Assembly (NCBI GenBank): GCA_044464485.1 | Contig: JBIQLG010000008.1 | Coordinates: 1,242 to 65,241, forward strand | Source: Agreia sp. | Lineage (GTDB): Bacteria; Actinomycetota; Actinomycetes; Actinomycetales; Microbacteriaceae | Reading direction: 5' to 3' | Length of the DNA stretch: 64,000 nt | Shown: in pieces, positions 20,491 to 32,284 of the stretch | How the letters are laid out: every line of letters begins with the position of its first letter | Numbering within the stretch: the stretch's first letter is position 1 | Program-made: the position numbers and the translations under genes | The notes under the pieces: model-generated | The model's database searches: none | What the model was told of the DNA's origin: nothing | The model's input: the letters and a program-made list of their open reading frames with translations, nothing else

Positions 20491-21567
20491 ATGGAGGACC
20501 TTCGAGTCATCAGTGTGGAAGACGGCGCACTCCTCGTCGCGTCTGAGCGCGGTGATCGCTACCGTATTGAGATCGATGAGGCGCTGGCGTCTAAGCTGCG
20601 CCGCTCTGTTCAGGATCCCGGCACCGGCCGCAGGCTTTCGCCGAAAGACATCCAGGCTCACATCCGTTCCGGGTTGTCTGCTCAGGATGTCGCCTCGATT
20701 ACCGGTGCACCGCTTGAGTACATTCAGCGATTTGAGGGCCCGATCCTCGCCGAGCGCGGTTTCGTGATTGAATCTGCGCTTGCCGTGCCCGTCCACACTG
20801 CGCGGGACAGCGAATTCGGCGAAAGCAACGCGACATTCGGATCCGCAATCCTCAGTCGCCTTCACGACATGGGTGCCACCCACGAGCGCTGGGCGAGTTG
20901 GAAGGAAGAAGGCAGCGGATGGGTTGTCAAACTTTCCTTCACCGCGGATCAAGTTGATCACGACGCGCGCTGGCGCTTCGATCCCAAAAGCTCGTCGCTC
21001 TCACCGCTCAACAATGAAGCAGAGGCGCTTTCCCGACAGGGCGAGGTCACGGGGACGCTCATACCGCGACTGCGTGCCGTTGATGATCGCGACCGGTCGA
21101 TAGACAATACGCGATTCGACAGCGGAGCATTCGTCGACCGTGAACTGGCGGGAATGACCTCCGCGCCGGAAGAAAGCGATCACACGAAACACCCTGCGGA
21201 CACGCACCTGAACGACACCGCCCCACACCTCGAAGCAGTCCCGTACGGCCGGGAGGCAGGTTCGCGGCAGGATGCGGCACCGACGCATCAGACGGCGGAT
21301 CTCCTGGATGCGCTTCGGCGCAGACGCGGAGAGCGCGAAAGCGTCAATTTCGATGAAATCGACGATGCCATGGCAAGCCACCCGTCGACCGGCAATATTC
21401 GGCTCGTCGATGTGCCCATGCCGGAATCGGAGGACGAATTGCCGCAGGAGGCGCGCTCCCGGCCGGTACAGCAGCTTTCGTCAAAGTCAACCAAACGGGG
21501 ACGCGCGTCCATGCCCACGTGGGATGAGATCGTTTTTGGTGCCCGTTCCGACGACGATCCCGCCTGA
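20491..21567 (+). CDS. sepH: septation protein SepH (DUF3071 N-terminal domain)
   Basis: MEDLRVISVEDGALLVASERGDRYRIEIDEAL... N-terminus, HTH-like ...SGLSAQDVASITGAPLEYIQRFEGPILAER..., conserved C-terminal ...RGRASMPTWDEIVFGA.... ATG at 20491 preceded by AAGAGG. The ORF-track start at 20266 is too far upstream. Confidence 0.8.
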   Translation: MEDLRVISVEDGALLVASERGDRYRIEIDEALASKLRRSVQDPGTGRRLSPKDIQAHIRSGLSAQDVASITGAPLEYIQRFEGPILAERGFVIESALAVPVHTARDSEFGESNATFGSAILSRLHDMGATHERWASWKEEGSGWVVKLSFTADQVDHDARWRFDPKSSSLSPLNNEAEALSRQGEVTGTLIPRLRAVDDRDRSIDNTRFDSGAFVDRELAGMTSAPEESDHTKHPADTHLNDTAPHLEAVPYGREAGSRQDAAPTHQTADLLDALRRRRGERESVNFDEIDDAMASHPSTGNIRLVDVPMPESEDELPQEARSRPVQQLSSKSTKRGRASMPTWDEIVFGARSDDDPA

Positions 21568-21583
21568 CCTGTCGCTTTCAGGA

Positions 21584-22726
21584 TCAACTCTGAGAGAAGG
21601 CCCCGAACTTCAACAGCGGAACGCTCTTTTCTTCGACTGAAAACGATCCGTGCTGGCCAATCATGAGTCGGCCGGCGTAGGACTCTTCACGAGTGTCGTA
21701 ATACGCGACGACCTTGCGCGCGGCTACCAAAATGTCGCCGATTCGCGCCTCCACGTCGGGATCAACGGTGGGTCCGAACCAGCCTTGTTCGATCGCTTCC
21801 CGTCGAGAAAGCACCATCGCTCGCGTACTTTCGCTGGCGCGCCACCGGTCGATAATGGTTTCCCGCAGCCGCGCGCCGGCATCGGGTTCGAAATGCAACT
21901 GGAGGCAACGAGGCTCTCCCGCAACAAATCGGATGCCGTCGACGAGCGCGGGATCGTCGCCAAACAGGATGTGCGAGTGCGCGGGGACATCCAGAATCCC
22001 GTGATCTGCAGTGAGGATGAGCCCTTCCCGCTTTCTCAGTCCATCCGCGAATGGGCCAAGTTCACCGTCGAGAGTTTCCAGCCGTCGCGTCCACGTGTCC
22101 GATTGCCAGCCATGCGAGTGAGCCGCCTGATCGAGTTCGGGAACGTAAACGTAAACAATCCCCTTTTCGAGACTGTCCAGGGCCGTGCGGGCCGCCGCAA
22201 AGCGATCCGGGATGGACCTGCCCGACATGAAGTGCGTACCCCGCAGGACGGCCTGGGTGAATCCGGAATGCCGATAGCGCTCCTGCGCCACGACGACGCT
22301 CGGAATCCCCGCGTCGGCGGCCTTCTCGAAAACTGTGGGCACTCGCTGCCAGGTCGCGGGATCGAGCTTGTCGTCCCATCCGTTCAGTTGATTTACTATT
22401 CGGTCGTTCGCAGGGTCAAGCACCGTATAGCCGACGAGCCCGTGCTCCCCGGGCATGGTCCCCGTGGTGAACGTCGCGATATTCGCAGCGGTCGTCGTGG
22501 GGCAACCCGCGGTGGCAACCGAAGTGGCCGTGATTGCCCCCGCCATATTACGCGCGTGACCCAATCTTTCCCGCAGACTTGACACTCCCAGTCCGTCAAC
22601 CAGAAGCACTACGGCCCGATCGACGGACGGGATGCCCAGCCGATTCTGCACCCCGTTCAGCGAATCGAGGCAGCTCGGTAAAACGTCGGCAAGGCTCGGC
22701 CGGAGTGAACTCATGGCCGATATCAT
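21584..22726 (-). CDS. alkaline-phosphatase-superfamily protein (nucleotide pyrophosphatase/phosphodiesterase-like)
   Basis: ...LLVDGLG..., ...[12 protein letters not shown]... (catalytic Thr region), ...[10 protein letters not shown]..., ...ILTADHG.... Start is the ATG at 22726 (MISAMSS...). The 755-aa ORF-track version continues upstream as antisense to parC. Confidence 0.75.
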   Translation of the reverse strand: MISAMSSLRPSLADVLPSCLDSLNGVQNRLGIPSVDRAVVLLVDGLGVSSLRERLGHARNMAGAITATSVATAGCPTTTAANIATFTTGTMPGEHGLVGYTVLDPANDRIVNQLNGWDDKLDPATWQRVPTVFEKAADAGIPSVVVAQERYRHSGFTQAVLRGTHFMSGRSIPDRFAAARTALDSLEKGIVYVYVPELDQAAHSHGWQSDTWTRRLETLDGELGPFADGLRKREGLILTADHGILDVPAHSHILFGDDPALVDGIRFVAGEPRCLQLHFEPDAGARLRETIIDRWRASESTRAMVLSRREAIEQGWFGPTVDPDVEARIGDILVAARKVVAYYDTREESYAGRLMIGQHGSFSVEEKSVPLLKFGAFSQS

Positions 22727-22738
22727 GGTGGCAATCCT

Positions 22739-25252
22739 ATGGCTACCCCTTCTGATACTTCTCCCATGATCCGCGAATCCGATGGCGCGCACTCCGGTGA
22801 GCGCATTGACGACATCGATGTTTCGACCGAAATGGAAGGCTCGTTCCTCGAGTACGCCTATTCGGTCATCTACTCCCGTGCCTTGCCGGATGCCCGCGAT
22901 GGTTTGAAGCCCGTGCAACGCCGCATCCTCTACCAAATGGGAGAGATGGGTTTGCGACCCGACCGCGGCCACGTCAAATCTTCGCGCGTGGTGGGAGATG
23001 TGATGGGAAAACTGCATCCCCACGGCGACGCACCGATTTACGACGCAATGGTGCGGCTGAACCAGCCGTTCATCATGCGGTTGCCGCTGGTTGACGGGCA
23101 TGGCAATTTCGGCTCCCTGGATGATGGACCGGCTGCGCCGCGCTACACGGAGGCCAGACTCGCGCCCGCTTCGATGGCGATGACCGCTGACCTCGACGAA
23201 GACGTTGTCGACTTCGTCCCGAACTACGACAATCAGCTGACTCAGCCGGAGGTTCTGCCGGCGGCATTCCCCAATCTTCTCGTGAACGGCGCCATGGGCA
23301 TCGCTGTCGGCATGGCGACTAATATGGCTCCGCATAACCTCATCGAAGTCGTCGGCGGCGCCCGCTATCTTCTGGAAAACCCAGATGCAACACTCGATGA
23401 CCTCATGTCGTTCATTCCGGGACCGGATCTTCCGACCGGTGGCACCATCATCGGCCTCGATGGAATTCGCGACGCCTACGAGAGTGGCCGAGGCAGCTTC
23501 AAGACACGGGCACGGGTCTCGGTCGAGAACGTCACCGCACGCAAATCCGGTCTCGTCGTCACGGAGCTTCCGTTCATGGTCGGCACCGAAAAGGTGATTG
23601 AAAAGATCAAGGACGGCGTCAACTCGAAAAAGCTGGCCGGAATTTCGGATGTCACCGACCTCACCGACCGGAAACACGGCCTCCGCCTGGTCATCGGCAT
23701 CAAGACGGGATTCAACCCGCAGGCCGTTCTCGAGCAGCTCTACAAGCACACCCCGCTCGAAGACCAGTTCAACATCAACAACGTGGCACTCGTCGACGGC
23801 CAGCCGCAGACTCTCGGACTGCGGGACCTGTTGCAGGTATACCTCGACCACCGCATCTCCGTCACGACGCGCCGGTCAAAGTTCCGACTCGCCCGACGCA
23901 CGGAACGACTTCACCTTGTCGACGGCTTGCTCATCGCCATCCTCGACATCGACGAAGTCATTCAGGTCATCCGCGCGAGCGACGACGCGGACGCCGCGCG
24001 CACGCGTCTCGTCGATGTGTTCGACCTCAGCGAAGTTCAGGCCGAGTACATTCTCGAGCTGCGCCTGAGGCGGCTCACGAAGTTCTCGCGCATCGAGCTC
24101 GAGGCGGAGCGTGACAAACTGCGTGCCGAGATTGCGGAGCTCGAGTTGCTGCTTTCTGACCCCGCACACATCCGAAGACTCGTGTCGGTGGAGCTTGAGG
24201 CCGTGGCGGAGGAATTCGGCACCCCGCGGCGCACACTTCTGACCGAGGCGCGGCCCTCGCTCGCGACGTCGGGATCGCCGAAATCCGGCGGAGCGTCAGC
24301 ATCCGGTTCTGCGGCCGTTCCTCTGGAAATCGAGGATGCTCCCTGCACGGTTCTGCTGTCGACTTCGGGTCGCATCATCCGTGTCGAGCGCGACGATGCA
24401 ATGACGGATCTTTCCGCGCGTGCAGCCAGACGAAGCAAACACGATGCCATCCGGTCTGCCGTGGCGACGACGACGCGTACCGACATCGGTGCCGTGACGA
24501 ACCTCGGTAGACTCGTGCGCTTGTCTCCCGTTGACTTGCCGCAGGTACCGGCGAACTCCGTTCAGCTGGCGGCGGGAGCGAAAGTATCGGAATACCTGGC
24601 ACTGGATGCGAAGAAGGAACGCGTCATCGGACTGGTGTCGCTCGAATCAGACGCGCCCATCGCGATCGGAACGAAGCAGGGAATCGTGAAGCGACTGACG
24701 GCTGGGGACTACCCGAGCCGACCCGATTTCGATGTGATTTCACTCAAGGACGGCGACGAGGTGGTCGGGGCTGCGCAGGGCACCGACGCGGAAGAGCTCG
24801 TGTTCGTGACCTCGGATGCCCAACTGCTGCACTTCCCCGCCTCGTCTGTTCGCCCGCAGGGGCGCAGCGCCGCCGGAATGGCCGGCATGAGACTGTCCGC
24901 CGGCGCCGTGGTCATCCACTTCACGTCCGTCGACCCGGGCGAGGACGTAGTCGTTGCGACGATCTCCACGCACAGCGACACCATCCAGGGAACCGATCCG
25001 GGCCGCGCCAAGGTGTCGTCGTTTGCCGAGTTCCCTGGCAAGGGCCGGGGAACTGGAGGAGTCCGTTGCCACGCTTTCCTGAAGGGCGAGGATTCCCTCG
25101 CTCTCGCCTGGGCGGGGACGGCCCCCGCGCTCGCCGTCGGCACGGACGGCGCCGCACGGGAGCTTCCGGATGCCGGCGCGAAACGCGACGCGTCAGGAAC
25201 GCCGTTGGCCGCCGTGGTCGGCTCCATCGGCACGTCCGCTCAATCGGCGTGA
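22739..25252 (+). CDS. parC: type IIA topoisomerase subunit A (topoisomerase IV ParC-like)
   Basis: 837 aa. ...[19 protein letters not shown]..., ...HPHGD..., active-site Tyr region ...[10 protein letters not shown]..., beta-pinwheel C-terminus. Not next to a gyrB/dnaA-type context, and paired with a nearby subunit B gene. Confidence 0.85.
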   Translation: MATPSDTSPMIRESDGAHSGERIDDIDVSTEMEGSFLEYAYSVIYSRALPDARDGLKPVQRRILYQMGEMGLRPDRGHVKSSRVVGDVMGKLHPHGDAPIYDAMVRLNQPFIMRLPLVDGHGNFGSLDDGPAAPRYTEARLAPASMAMTADLDEDVVDFVPNYDNQLTQPEVLPAAFPNLLVNGAMGIAVGMATNMAPHNLIEVVGGARYLLENPDATLDDLMSFIPGPDLPTGGTIIGLDGIRDAYESGRGSFKTRARVSVENVTARKSGLVVTELPFMVGTEKVIEKIKDGVNSKKLAGISDVTDLTDRKHGLRLVIGIKTGFNPQAVLEQLYKHTPLEDQFNINNVALVDGQPQTLGLRDLLQVYLDHRISVTTRRSKFRLARRTERLHLVDGLLIAILDIDEVIQVIRASDDADAARTRLVDVFDLSEVQAEYILELRLRRLTKFSRIELEAERDKLRAEIAELELLLSDPAHIRRLVSVELEAVAEEFGTPRRTLLTEARPSLATSGSPKSGGASASGSAAVPLEIEDAPCTVLLSTSGRIIRVERDDAMTDLSARAARRSKHDAIRSAVATTTRTDIGAVTNLGRLVRLSPVDLPQVPANSVQLAAGAKVSEYLALDAKKERVIGLVSLESDAPIAIGTKQGIVKRLTAGDYPSRPDFDVISLKDGDEVVGAAQGTDAEELVFVTSDAQLLHFPASSVRPQGRSAAGMAGMRLSAGAVVIHFTSVDPGEDVVVATISTHSDTIQGTDPGRAKVSSFAEFPGKGRGTGGVRCHAFLKGEDSLALAWAGTAPALAVGTDGAARELPDAGAKRDASGTPLAAVVGSIGTSAQSA

Positions 25253-25262
25253 GGGAGCGGCC

Positions 25263-25709
25263 GTGCTGAACCGCAGGGCGGCCCGCGTAATCCTGTTCGA
25301 CGAGCGGGATCGCGTATTGCTGTTCCGCGGCATCGACTCGACCGACCCGGATGCCACGCCCTGGTGGTTCACCCCGGGCGGAGGTCTCGAGCCGGGCGAA
25401 ACCCCGCGCGATGCGGCGCTGCGGGAAGTGCTGGAGGAAACGGGAATTCGGTTACCGTCGGTAAGCGGCCCCGTTTTCGAGCAGGAGATGAACTTCACGT
25501 TCGAAAGTGAGCCGCTGCACCAGTACGAACAGTTCTTCGTCGCCCACGTCGACAGGGTTGAAATCAATTCCGTCGGCTGGAGTGACCTCGAGAAGCGCAC
25601 GATGCTCGAGTCGCGCTGGTGGACTCTCGACGAACTGGAGTCGACCTCGGAGACGATCTATCCGCACAACCTCGCCAATTTGGTGCGCGTGCAACTTCGC
25701 GTCGAATGA
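25263..25709 (+). CDS. NUDIX hydrolase
   Basis: Nudix box ...GGGLEPGETPRDAALREVLEETG.... GTG at 25263 preceded by GGGAG (25253-25257). The ORF-track start at 25170 overlaps parC. Confidence 0.85.
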   Translation: MLNRRAARVILFDERDRVLLFRGIDSTDPDATPWWFTPGGGLEPGETPRDAALREVLEETGIRLPSVSGPVFEQEMNFTFESEPLHQYEQFFVAHVDRVEINSVGWSDLEKRTMLESRWWTLDELESTSETIYPHNLANLVRVQLRVE

Positions 25710-25716
25710 TGCGGAG

Positions 25717-25762
25717 GTTTGTCAACGATGCGCACGACACAACCTCTGCATCGTTGACAAAC
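25717..25762. terminator. bidirectional hairpin between convergent NUDIX and parE genes
   Basis: Perfect 15-bp stem GTTTGTCAACGATGC (25717-25731) / GCATCGTTGACAAAC (25748-25762) with a 16-nt loop and no U-tract. Confidence 0.5.
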
Positions 25763-25799
25763 TCCCGCGTCGTTGCGATGCGGGGCCGCCCCGCCAAAA

Positions 25800-27881
25800 C
25801 TACACGTCGATGCGGTCGCGGCTGAGGTCCGCGGCGCCGGCAATGATGAACTCCTTGCGCGGTGCGACGTCGTTGCCCATGAGGAGTTCGAAGACGGTCT
25901 CTGCATGCGCGGCATCCGGGATGCGCACGCGGCGGAGCGTACGATGCGCGCGATCCATGGTGGTCATCGAGAGCTGGTCCGCATCCATCTCCCCGAGACC
26001 CTTGTATCGCTGAATCGGATCCTGATACTTCTTACCCGACTTCTTGAGCCCCGCGAGCACACCGTTGAGTTCGGCTTCAGAATAGGTATAGATGGTCTCG
26101 TTGGGCTTCGAACCCGGGTTCATGACGACCACGCGGTGCAAGGGTGGAACGGCAGCGTATACTCTGCCGTCTTCGATCATCTGCGGCATGTAGCGGTGGA
26201 AGAGCGTCAAGAGCAGCGTGCGGATGTGCGCGCCGTCGACATCCGCGTCGCTCATGATGATGACCTTGCCGTACCGCGCGCTCGACAGATCGAAGCTGCG
26301 GCCGGAGCCTGCGCCGATCACCTGGATGATGGAGGCGCACTCCGCGTTGCCGAGCATGTCCGGCAGCGAGGCCTTCTGCACGTTCAGGATTTTTCCGCGG
26401 ATCGGCAGGAGCGCCTGATATTCGCTGTCGCGCGCGAGTTTCGCCGTGCCGAGCGCTGAGTCGCCTTCGACGATGAACAGCTCGCTGTTGGCGACATCAT
26501 TGCTGCGGCAGTCGACGAGTTTCGCAGGCAGGGACGAGCTCTCCAGCGCATTCTTCCGGCGCTGCGTCTCCTTGTGCGCCCGCGCGGACACGCGCGCCTT
26601 CATCTCCCCCACGATTTTTTCCAACACCAACGCAGCCTGAGTCTTGTCGTCGCGTTTCGACGACGAGAATCGCTCGCTGAGCCCCTTCGTCACGACATTC
26701 GCGACGATATTGCGGACGGCGGGGGTGCCGAGCACCTCTTTCGTCTGACCTTCGAACTGAGGCTCGGGAAGACGCACCGTGATCACCGCGCTCAGCCCTG
26801 CAAGTATGTCGTCCTTCTCAAGCTTGTCGTTGCCAACTTTCAACTTGCGCGCATTCTGCTCGACCTGAGCGCGAAGAAACTTCATCATTCCCTGCTCGAA
26901 ACCGGTGAGATGAGTTCCGCCTTTTGGCGTCGAAATTATGTTGACAAAACTTCGGATTTCGGTGTCGTAGCCGGTGCCCCATCGCAACGCGATGTCGACT
27001 TCGCACACGCGCGTCAGCTCGGTGGGCGTCATGTGGCCTTTGTCGTCGAGCACGGGCACCGTCTCCGTGAACTCACCCGACCCCGTGAGGTTCCAGGTCG
27101 AGGTGACGGGCGCATCCTTCGCAAGAAAGTCGACGTATTCGACTATTCCACCCGCGTACCTGAAGGTTTCGATGATCGTATCGTCACCGCGGTTGTCCTC
27201 GATCCGGATGCCGAGCCCTGCAGCCAGGAATGCGGTCTGACGCGCGCGTTGGAGAAGATCATCCGTTTGAAAGCTCGCACCGCGGGAAAAAATTTGCGGA
27301 TCCGCCCAGTAGCGCACCCGGCTCCCCGTGACGTTCTTGCCCACCTTGCCCACCACGCGCAACTCGCTGCCCGAGACAAATGGCGTGAAGGGTGAATCCG
27401 GAGATGGCACATCGCCATCCGCGAACACGCCGGGTTCGCCGCGGTGGAACGACATCGCCCACGTTTTTCCGTCGCGATCCACCTCGACATCGAGGCGCTC
27501 GGAAAGCGCGTTGACCACTGAAGCGCCGACCCCGTGCAATCCCCCAGATGAGGTGTATGAACCTCCCCCAAACTTTCCGCCGGCATGCAACTTGGTAAAA
27601 ACCACTTCGACACCCGATAAGCCCGTCTTCGGTTCGAGGTCTACGGGGATTCCTCGCGCTTTATCCCGCACTTCGACGCTGTTGTCCGGGTGAAGGATGA
27701 CGTCGATCTGGTCCCCGTACCCGCCCAGCGCTTCATCAACCGAGTTGTCGATAATCTCCCACAGGCAGTGCATGAGTCCGCGAGAATCCGTCGTCCCGAT
27801 GTACATTCCCGGCCGCTTGCGCACGGCATCCAGACCCTCCAGCACAGAAAGATGCCGTGCCGAATAATCTGAACTTGCCAT
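25800..27881 (-). CDS. parE: type IIA topoisomerase subunit B (topoisomerase IV ParE-like)
   Basis: ...LEGLDAVRKRPGMYIG..., ...GLMHCLWEIIDNSVDEA..., Toprim ...LFIVEGDSALG..., ...IMSDADVDGAHI.... Start is the ATG at 27881, with GGAGGAA 4 nt upstream. The ORF-track start at 27923 is less likely. Confidence 0.9.
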   Translation of the reverse strand: MASSDYSARHLSVLEGLDAVRKRPGMYIGTTDSRGLMHCLWEIIDNSVDEALGGYGDQIDVILHPDNSVEVRDKARGIPVDLEPKTGLSGVEVVFTKLHAGGKFGGGSYTSSGGLHGVGASVVNALSERLDVEVDRDGKTWAMSFHRGEPGVFADGDVPSPDSPFTPFVSGSELRVVGKVGKNVTGSRVRYWADPQIFSRGASFQTDDLLQRARQTAFLAAGLGIRIEDNRGDDTIIETFRYAGGIVEYVDFLAKDAPVTSTWNLTGSGEFTETVPVLDDKGHMTPTELTRVCEVDIALRWGTGYDTEIRSFVNIISTPKGGTHLTGFEQGMMKFLRAQVEQNARKLKVGNDKLEKDDILAGLSAVITVRLPEPQFEGQTKEVLGTPAVRNIVANVVTKGLSERFSSSKRDDKTQAALVLEKIVGEMKARVSARAHKETQRRKNALESSSLPAKLVDCRSNDVANSELFIVEGDSALGTAKLARDSEYQALLPIRGKILNVQKASLPDMLGNAECASIIQVIGAGSGRSFDLSSARYGKVIIMSDADVDGAHIRTLLLTLFHRYMPQMIEDGRVYAAVPPLHRVVVMNPGSKPNETIYTYSEAELNGVLAGLKKSGKKYQDPIQRYKGLGEMDADQLSMTTMDRAHRTLRRVRIPDAAHAETVFELLMGNDVAPRKEFIIAGAADLSRDRIDV

Positions 27882-28087
27882 TGATTCCTCCGAAACTGTC
27901 GCACCGGTTGACCGCGACTCCACGGGTACGTGCCGCCTTCCAGACTAGTGAGCGGCCACGACCGGCTGCCGCTCCGACACCCCTTCCTCGCCGGGTACTA
28001 CGCGCAGAGCGAAATACCCGTCTGCGATCCCGCAAAATTTCCGCTGGCGTGTTTGGATAGATAAGGACAGCAGCGATAGGAGTGCAC

Positions 28088-28315
28088 ATGTCTCAAGTAA
28101 CAGCCGAACAGACTGCCACGGTCGAGCGCGACTCCTACCAGCTCACGGCGCTTGACCGCTGCGACAGTTGTGGTGCTCAGGCGTACATTCGCGTGAAGAT
28201 CGGTGAAAGCGAATTGATGTTCTGTGCGCACCACGGTCGCCGCCATCAGGAAAAGCTCGAAGCAATCGCCACGGACTGGCACGACGAATCGAGCCGCCTG
28301 CACGAGGACCGGTAA
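28088..28315 (+). CDS. small zinc-ribbon-like protein (C-x2-C ... C-x-H-H), conserved actinobacterial hypothetical
   Basis: 75 aa from the ATG at 28088 (SD AGGAG at 28078-28082). ...DRCDSCGAQAY...MFCAHHGRRH... gives four potential metal ligands. I believe it corresponds to a DUF-type family (possibly DUF7455); this is unverified. Confidence 0.6.
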   Translation: MSQVTAEQTATVERDSYQLTALDRCDSCGAQAYIRVKIGESELMFCAHHGRRHQEKLEAIATDWHDESSRLHEDR

Positions 28316-29341
28316 GTGGGCGAACGTCGCGGCCTCGGTCTGTGGCGACGCGTCAAATACTTCTTCTGGCGTGCATCCAACGTCGATTCGGCGAACCTGT
28401 TTCGCATCGCGGGAAAGCTCAGCGCCTCATCGGGGAAGCCCAAACTATGGATCGCCGCCGACATGGTTTGGTCGGCCGCAGTCCATGAAACCGGGTTTAC
28501 CGATTATCAGGACTGGGACTTTCACCTCCTGAAACATCGCGAACGCATTACCTACATGACTCACCCGAAGTCGAACCACATCGCGCAGCTGGTGAATCAG
28601 AAGCCGTTTCGTCATCACTTCGCCGACAAGTCTCAGTTTGTGAAACTGTTCGCACCCTGGGTGGGCAGGGAAACACTGGATGTGCGCACGGCGACAGTCG
28701 GCGAACTGGAAGCGTTCGTCGTAAAGCATGGCTCCGTCATGGCGAAGGTCACCGATAAGGACGGCGGGCAGGGTATCGAGCGCAAAAGCGCATCGGACAT
28801 CGCCGACTTCGACGAATTCCGCAAGGAGCTCCTTTCCCACGAGCAATATCTTGTGGAACAGATAATCCCTCAGCATCCGAACATGGCCGCTCTCAACGGC
28901 AGCAGCGTCAATTCCCTCCGAATCGTCTCTTACTTTGACGGAGAGAAGGTGCACGTGCTCGCTCGCGTGCTGAAGATGGGCAACGGCGGCATCATCGACA
29001 ATTTCGCCCACGGCGGCATGTACACGATGCTCGATGAGAACGGTGTTGCGCTGCATGCAGCCTTCGACATGGCCGGTGACGCATTCGAGGTGCACCCGAT
29101 TTCGGGAATCACAATCCGCGGGTTCACCGTTCCGATGTACGACAAGGTCCTCGAATTGGTCGACGAAATCGCTCGAGTGGTGCCGCAGATTCCTTACGTC
29201 GGCTGGGACATCGCCATTTCACCCGACCGTCCCGTCGTCATCGAAGGAAACTACAACACCGGGGTTTTTCAAGCGAAGCCGAGCCTCACCGAAACGAAGA
29301 CGGGGTTGCTGCCCCTCTATCGCGAGGTCATCGGTTTCTGA
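28316..29341 (+). CDS. ATP-grasp family amide ligase (closest by eye to 'sugar-transfer-associated ATP-grasp' proteins)
   Basis: 341 aa. Glycine-rich loop ...VMAKVTDKDGGQGIE..., ...YLVEQIIPQHP..., ...SLRIVSYF..., ...IDNFAHGGMYTMLDENG..., ...YVGWDIAISPDRPVVIEGN... (E-x-N Mg/ATP motif). The GTG at 28316 follows the upstream TAA with no gap, and GAGGA lies 7 nt upstream. GC is about 56% in eight hand-counted 60-nt lines. Confidence 0.7.
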   Translation: MGERRGLGLWRRVKYFFWRASNVDSANLFRIAGKLSASSGKPKLWIAADMVWSAAVHETGFTDYQDWDFHLLKHRERITYMTHPKSNHIAQLVNQKPFRHHFADKSQFVKLFAPWVGRETLDVRTATVGELEAFVVKHGSVMAKVTDKDGGQGIERKSASDIADFDEFRKELLSHEQYLVEQIIPQHPNMAALNGSSVNSLRIVSYFDGEKVHVLARVLKMGNGGIIDNFAHGGMYTMLDENGVALHAAFDMAGDAFEVHPISGITIRGFTVPMYDKVLELVDEIARVVPQIPYVGWDIAISPDRPVVIEGNYNTGVFQAKPSLTETKTGLLPLYREVIGF

Positions 29342-29365
29342 AGCTTGCGATCTTTCGGACCAAGC

Positions 29366-30065
29366 TCACTTCGCGGTCCGGATGATGCCGAGTGGCGTGC
29401 TTTGCGTGCCCTGGCCGAGAGGGTTGTCGGCGAGGATGCGCTCCACGAGTTTTTCCATCGCGCGCGTCACGGTGGAACCGAGCACGTTGCCGCCGAAATC
29501 GTTGATATCGACAATGAGCACATCATGGCCGATCGCCGATTTCACCTGCTGCGCAACATTCGCGGGCCGATCCGGCGCCAGTACGACCGCAGAATCATAG
29601 GGGGGGATTGTGCCCGTGGTCGGGCCATCGATCCCTCGCGCTTTCGGCCCGGCAACCCGGTAAAACACGCCGCGCTGTCCGACAAGTTTTCCCAGTACGG
29701 ACGCGGCGGCGGCCAGCAGGATGCGCGGCGTTCCGCACTCCCGCAACGCCATCTCCATTGTTTGCGGCATCCCCAGCCCGATTCCAGCGGGAGTTTTCGT
29801 CACCCGTCGCGCGAGTCGAACCGCGAGCGGACGTGGCACTATCGAGTCAATGGGCATGGAGCGACCCTGCGTGATGGCGACAATCTTTTCCGTGACGAAA
29901 AGCAGGTCGCCGGACTGCAGCCTGCCGTCCACGGCCCGGGTAATTTCAGCAACGAGATCGTCCTCTGGACCGAAAAGACCGGTACGCACGGGAATGCGCT
30001 GGTAACGGACGCCGTCGACCTCGAGTTCCAATTTCTTGCCCGCATTGGGCGTCAGGGTCACGGGC

Positions 30066-30082
<17 letters not shown>
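29366..30082 (-). CDS. CofE-like (F420-0:gamma-glutamyl ligase family) protein
   Basis: 238 aa. ...[18 protein letters not shown]..., ...GIDGPT..., ...[33 protein letters not shown]..., ...LGIIR. parallel the CofE fold motifs (..SKIVSKAEGR.., ..IDxSN.., ..LLPxDPDxSA..I....G..V.VIIxDTxGR..). Start is the GTG at 30082 (17-nt overlap with sigA) or the GTG at 30061 (4 nt after the sigA TAG). Confidence 0.55.
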
Positions 30083-32015
<1,933 letters not shown>

Positions 32016-32284
32016 GAGGTCACCTTTCGTCGGCCAAACTCGTACTTTTCCCGCAATACGCCCCCGAACCAGGCGGTTCAGTCTGCTTTTGGGCAGTACT
32101 TGGACCCATGTCAAGTCCCTGCATCAATTCCCTTGCGGAAAATAGATACACGACGACCTGAACGGGTCCTTGGTCAATTATTGCACGGTTCGCGGTCGGC
32201 ACTTTACCCCGCACGGCAACCGCACACTCTCCCCCTGTACAACCAGAACAGACGGCACATTATTCCGTCAGAACGAGGGATGAG

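Noticed and set aside
22727-23851. N-terminal 375 aa of the 755-aa minus-strand ORF 21584-23851
   Set aside because: This part is antisense to the clearly genuine parC N-terminus. The phosphatase-family homology begins only at MISAMSS (ATG 22726). I rejected a fusion protein and also a novel overlapping gene. This leaves just 12 bp between the divergent starts, which probably only means the promoters lie inside the coding regions or the phosphatase gene starts at the next ATG (22714).
32109-32114. ORF-track start of sigA (TTG 32114), which adds 33 N-terminal residues ([16 protein letters not shown]...)
   Set aside because: That TTG is part of a TTGACA hexamer in the upstream region and has no SD. 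The ATG at 32015 is preceded by AAAGGTGA. I also did not call TTGACA a -35 box, because no acceptable -10 lies 16-18 nt downstream.
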